This document shows positions 14,539 to 18,727 of a stretch of DNA of 18,727 nt, one piece after another (positions within the stretch are counted from its first letter, which is position 1; each line of letters starts with the position of its first letter). This DNA is from a virus (lineage: Duplodnaviria > Heunggongvirae > Uroviricota > Caudoviricetes). The stretch lies in the IMG/VR virus record IMGVR_UViG_2802429219_000002; one strand, written 5' to 3'. The translations under genes were made by a program, and so were the position numbers. A model generated the notes under the pieces. It had not been told where the DNA came from. It ran no database searches and saw nothing but the letters and a program-made list of their open reading frames with translations.

Positions 14539-17500
14539 ATGGCAGAGCAAACCTCGCGTCTCGCAATAATTATTGATAGCACTGGAGCGAAAAATAATGC
14601 TGACAATCTGACCTCCTCATTAGTCAAAATGACGCAGGCTGGGGAAACTGCTGCAAATAGCGCAGGGAAAGTGACTAAGGCAACAGAAGATGAGAAGAAC
14701 GCGCTCGCAAAATTAAAAGCAGCTATTGATCCAGTTGGTGCCGCAATTGATACTGTCGGTCGACGCTATTCTGAATTAAAGAAATTTTTCGATAAAGGGC
14801 TTATTGATAAAGAAGAATATGAATTTCTTGTCCGTAAACTTAATGAAACCACAGAGGAATTGAGCGGGGTTGCGCAAGCGCAGAGAGAAGCCGAGAAGGC
14901 CGGAAAACTTGCTGCCGCCCAGCAGGAAGCGCAGGCTCAGGCCTTTCAAAGAATGCTGGACAAGATCGACCCTCTGGCTGCGGCGCTAAGAAATCTTGAA
15001 CAACAGCATGATGAACTTAATGCTGCGTTTGCATCCGGGAAAATAAATGGTTCTCAGTTTGAGAATTATAGCCGAAAAATACAGGAAACACGGCGAGAGC
15101 TTACCGGAGAGGCTCAGGCAGAGCGAGAAGCAGCAAAAGCGCATGATGAACAGGTTGTTGCTTTGCAACGTCTGATTGCTCAACTTGATCCTGTCGGAAC
15201 TGCTTTTAATCGTCTGGTAGAACAACAGAAACAGCTCAATGAAGCAAAAGCTAAGGGGATGCTTTCTCCTGAAATGTATGAGGAGCTTTCTGGAAAACTT
15301 CGTGCTATGCGGAGTGAGCTTGAGGTTACTCAATCACAATTAAGCAAAACCGGAATGTCGGCAAAACAAACGGCTTTTGCTATGCGCATGTTGCCTGCAC
15401 AAATGACGGATATTGTTGTTGGGTTGTCCACTGGTCAGTCGCCATTTATGGTGTTAATGCAGCAGGGCGGCCAGCTAAAAGATATGTTCGGTGGGATTGG
15501 CCCGGCGATCAAAGGTGTAGGTTCTTATGTGCTGGGATTAGTTAATCCTTTTACCCTGGCCGCAGCAGCCGTTGGGGTCTTAGGACTGGCTTACTATAAA
15601 GGCTCTCAGGAGCAGGACGAATTTAATAAATCTCTTATTCTTACCGGAAATCAGTTGGGGACAACCAGCGGGCAATTGGGCGATATAGCTCAACGTGCCG
15701 GGAATGCGGCTGATTCGACAACTGGTGCTGCGGCGGCAGTATTAAATCAGCTTGTGCGTTCGGGAAAGGTAGCGAGCAGTTCGCTGGAGCAAGTGACGAC
15801 AGCGATAGTAAAAACGAGCGAAGTAACAGGAATATCAACCGAACAACTGGTTAATGACTTCAATGAAATTGCAAAGGATCCTGTCAGTGCCATATCAAAA
15901 CTTAATGATCAGTACCATTTTCTGACACTTGCGACTTATAACCAGATTAAGGCGCTACAGGATGAAGGGAACCAGCAGGAGGCCGCCCGCATTGCGACAG
16001 AAGAATACTCATCCTCAATGATCCAGCGCACCAACCAGATTAAAGAAAATCTTGGTTATCTTGAGACTGCATGGAAAGCTGTCGCAGACTCCGCAAAATG
16101 GGCATGGGATTCCATGCTGGATATTGGCCGTGAGGCCTCCCTTGATCAAAAAATCTCAGATGTTCTCCGTCAAATTGATGAAATAGAAAAAAATACCCGA
16201 CCCGGAGTTTTCGGGTTAGGTGGCATTGGAGATGGCGGAGCTCAAAATAAAAGGCTGGCACGATTAAAGCAGCAATTGGGCGTACTTCAAGCAGAAAAAA
16301 TTGCTCAGGACGTACTAAATTCATCAATAAACGATTACAACAAGCGACAACAGGAAGGAATTGAACTCAGACAGAGAGCAGATGCCTTTTCAAAACAATA
16401 TCAGACCCGGGAGCAGCAGAGAGCTAGTGAACTTGCAAAACTGGAAAAGCTAAAGAATCAGTATTCAAAGGAAGAATATAATAATCTTATCGCTCAAATA
16501 AATGAGCGTTATAAAGATCCAAAGCAACCAAAGGCGAAAGGTTATTCTGATGATGCAGCCCAACGAATGATTGATCATCTGAATCAACAGAATGCGTTAC
16601 TAAGTTCACAAGCTGAGTTGACCGTTAAATTAAGTTCCTCTGAACAGGAACTGGTTAAGTGGCGTCAGCGGATTGCCGACCTAGAGTCACGACCATCAAC
16701 GAAATTAACCCAGGATCAGAAATCGCTTCTCTTACACCGGGAAGAAATAACCGCGTTGATGGAGAAAAATGTTGCGATTGAAAAAAATAACAGGCTAATC
16801 AAGGAATCCGCCGAAATAACAGCATGGCGTGATTCATTGCAGGCTTCGATTGATAATCGTCAGCAGGGGTATGATATTCAGATTGCTGGTTATGGGGTTG
16901 GCGATAAAAATCAGCAACGCCAGCAGGAATTACTGCGGATTGAACATGGATATAACAATCAGCGTCTGCAACTTGAACGTGACTATGCAGATAAATCCCG
17001 TGGAATGTCAGATCATGTTTTTCAAGAGAAAATGCAGGCTCTGAATGATGCTCTGGAACGGGAAAAAGAAATTGTCAGACAGAAAAACGAGCAGCTCGAT
17101 ATTCAGGCAGGAGACTGGGTTAGTGGTGCCTCCCAGGGATTCAATAACTGGCTGGATGACACTAAGGATATCAGTGAGCAGATAAAATCAACCACGACTC
17201 AGATGTTTGATGGGATGACCGATGCGCTGGGTGATTTTGTCACGACAGGCAAGGCAAATTTTCGTTCTTTCGCTACTTCCGTGATTTCGGATCTTAGTCG
17301 AATAGCATTAAAGGCTTCAATTACTGGGATTTTCGACAGCATTAGTAACAGTTCTTCTGGGGGGATTTTAGGAACTATCGGGAGTGCTATTAGTAAATTT
17401 ATTCCGAATGCAAAGGGCGGTGTTTATGAGTCTCCGTCATTGAGCACGTATTCGAACGGTATTTATGATTCCCCGCAATTTTTTGCTTTTGCAAAAGGGG

Positions 17501-17772
17501 CTGGTGTTTTTGGTGAGGCTGGACCGGAAGCTATTATGCCATTAACACGAACTTCCGATGGTTCTCTTGGTGTCAGAGCTATTAATAGTAAAAGTGGTAA
17601 TGGAGGCGGAGATATTACCTATGCCCCTGTATACCAAATCACTATTCAAAATGACGGCCAGAATGGAGAGATTGGCCCTCAGGCAATAAAAGCACTTATG
17701 GGGATGGTTGATCAGCGGGTGCAGGGCAATCTGTTAAATATGCGACGTGATGGGGGAATGTTAAGTGGCTAA
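14539..17772 (+). CDS. Tail tape measure protein (lambda gpH analogue)
   Basis: 1077-aa ORF, long Ala/Gln/Glu/Lys-rich coiled-coil-like N-terminal half, hydrophobic central segment ([27 protein letters not shown]), located between GT and M. Confidence 0.9.
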
Positions 17773-18103
17773 TACGGAAGAATTTCACTGGTTACCAGAG
17801 GATGGAATGAAAACAGAAAATAAACCATCGATAAAAACTGTAAGATTTGGTGATGGTTATGAGCAACGAAGTCCAAATGGACTTAATCATTCTCTGCGCG
17901 TTTTCACCTGTGATTTCAAAGTTGAGGCGAATGAACGTGATTCATTTGAAAAATTTTTAGCCCGGCATGAAGGCTATAAATCTTTTTTTTGGCGCCCGCC
18001 GGGTATTAACAGAAAAATCAGAGTGGTGTGTCGAACGTGGTCAGCGACAGAACATATCACCTATACCGATTTTTCGTGTCAGTTTGACGAAGTGGTGATC
18101 TGA
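17765..18103 (+). CDS. M: Minor tail protein M (lambda gpM-like)
   Basis: Translation ...[35 protein letters not shown]...[19 protein letters not shown]... parallels lambda gpM (recalled ...FRWKVKPGMD...VRFGDGYSQRAPAGLN...). GTG 17765 is taken as start because the extension aligns with the lambda M N-terminus; ATG 17807 is an alternative. Overlaps the tape measure stop. Confidence 0.85.
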
Positions 18104-18727
18104 TGCAGGACATACGACAGGAAACACTGAATGAATGCATCCGTGTGGAGCAGACGGCCAGCGTGGTGCTCTGGGAAATTGATCTGACAGAGGTCGGTGG
18201 GGAGCGTTACTTTTTCTGCAATGAGCAGAATGAAAAAGGTGAACCGGTTACCTGGCAGGGGCGAAAGTATCAGGCGTACCCCATTCAGGGAAGCGGCTTT
18301 GAGATGAACGGTAAGGGCAGCAGCGCACGTCCCACACTTAAGGTATCTAACCTGTATGGCATGGTCACCGGGATGGCCGAAGACCTGCAGAGTCTGGTCG
18401 GCGGAACGGTGGTCAGGCGTAAGGTTTATGCCCGTTTTCTGGATGCGGTGAACTTCATCAACGGAAACAGCGAAGCCGATCCGGAGCAGGAGGTGATCAG
18501 CCGCTGGCGCATCGAGCAGTGCAGCGAACTGAACGCGGTTAGCGCGGCCTTTGTGCTGTCTACTCCGACGGAAACGGATGGTGCTGTTTTTCCGGGGCGC
18601 ATCATGCTGGCCAACACCTGCACCTGGACCTATCGCGGTGACGAGTGCGGTTATAGCGGTCCGGCTGTCGCGGATGAATATGACCAGCCAACGTCCGATA
18701 TCACGAAGGATAAATGCAGCAAATGCC
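18103..18727 (+). CDS. L: Minor tail protein L (lambda gpL-like), 5' partial; runs off the window end
   Basis: ATG 18103 shares its A with the M stop codon (TGATG). Translation [72 protein letters not shown]... closely matches lambda gpL as I recall it, including the C-terminal cysteines (CTWTYRGDECGYSGP...KCSKC). No stop before position 18727. Confidence 0.9.
   Translation, partial: MQDIRQETLNECIRVEQTASVVLWEIDLTEVGGERYFFCNEQNEKGEPVTWQGRKYQAYPIQGSGFEMNGKGSSARPTLKVSNLYGMVTGMAEDLQSLVGGTVVRRKVYARFLDAVNFINGNSEADPEQEVISRWRIEQCSELNAVSAAFVLSTPTETDGAVFPGRIMLANTCTWTYRGDECGYSGPAVADEYDQPTSDITKDKCSKC

Noticed and set aside
1-18727. Search for CRISPR arrays, tRNA or rRNA genes and attachment-site repeats
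   Set aside because: No regularly spaced direct repeats of CRISPR type, no tRNA-like cloverleaf candidates and no rRNA-like segments were seen; the only periodic repeat is the TGCGCA array inside terS.

Overview
All supportable genes lie on the + strand and form the late (packaging/morphogenesis) arm of a lambdoid, Rac-like enterobacterial prophage, most likely from Escherichia/Shigella. Order: (1) the last 29 codons of an IS3-family transposase; (2) an AT-rich moron carrying the K+ transporter gene trkG; (3) an accessory pair whose reading frames overlap by 8 nt, a ParB/Srx-fold nuclease-domain protein and a ~310-aa protein of unknown function, then a small HTH-like ORF; (4) a pac-type head module (small and large terminase, portal, Mu-F/SPP1-gp7-like head morphogenesis protein, scaffold, major capsid); (5) head-tail joining genes; (6) a lambda-like tail module (tail terminator, major tail tube, chaperone G with a -1 frameshift GT extension, tape measure, M, and the 5' part of L). 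The most interesting points are the uncharacterised ParB-like/DxD-protein pair, a phased array of palindromic TGCGCA repeats inside the small terminase gene (candidate pac site), an apparent single-base frameshift truncating the major capsid gene, a 58-aa ORF missing from the ORF track, and three intrinsic terminators inside the late operon. No rRNA, tRNA or CRISPR array was seen. Minus-strand and nested ORFs in the track are judged to be shadow ORFs. All family assignments rest on reading the translations and on recalled motifs, not on searches.
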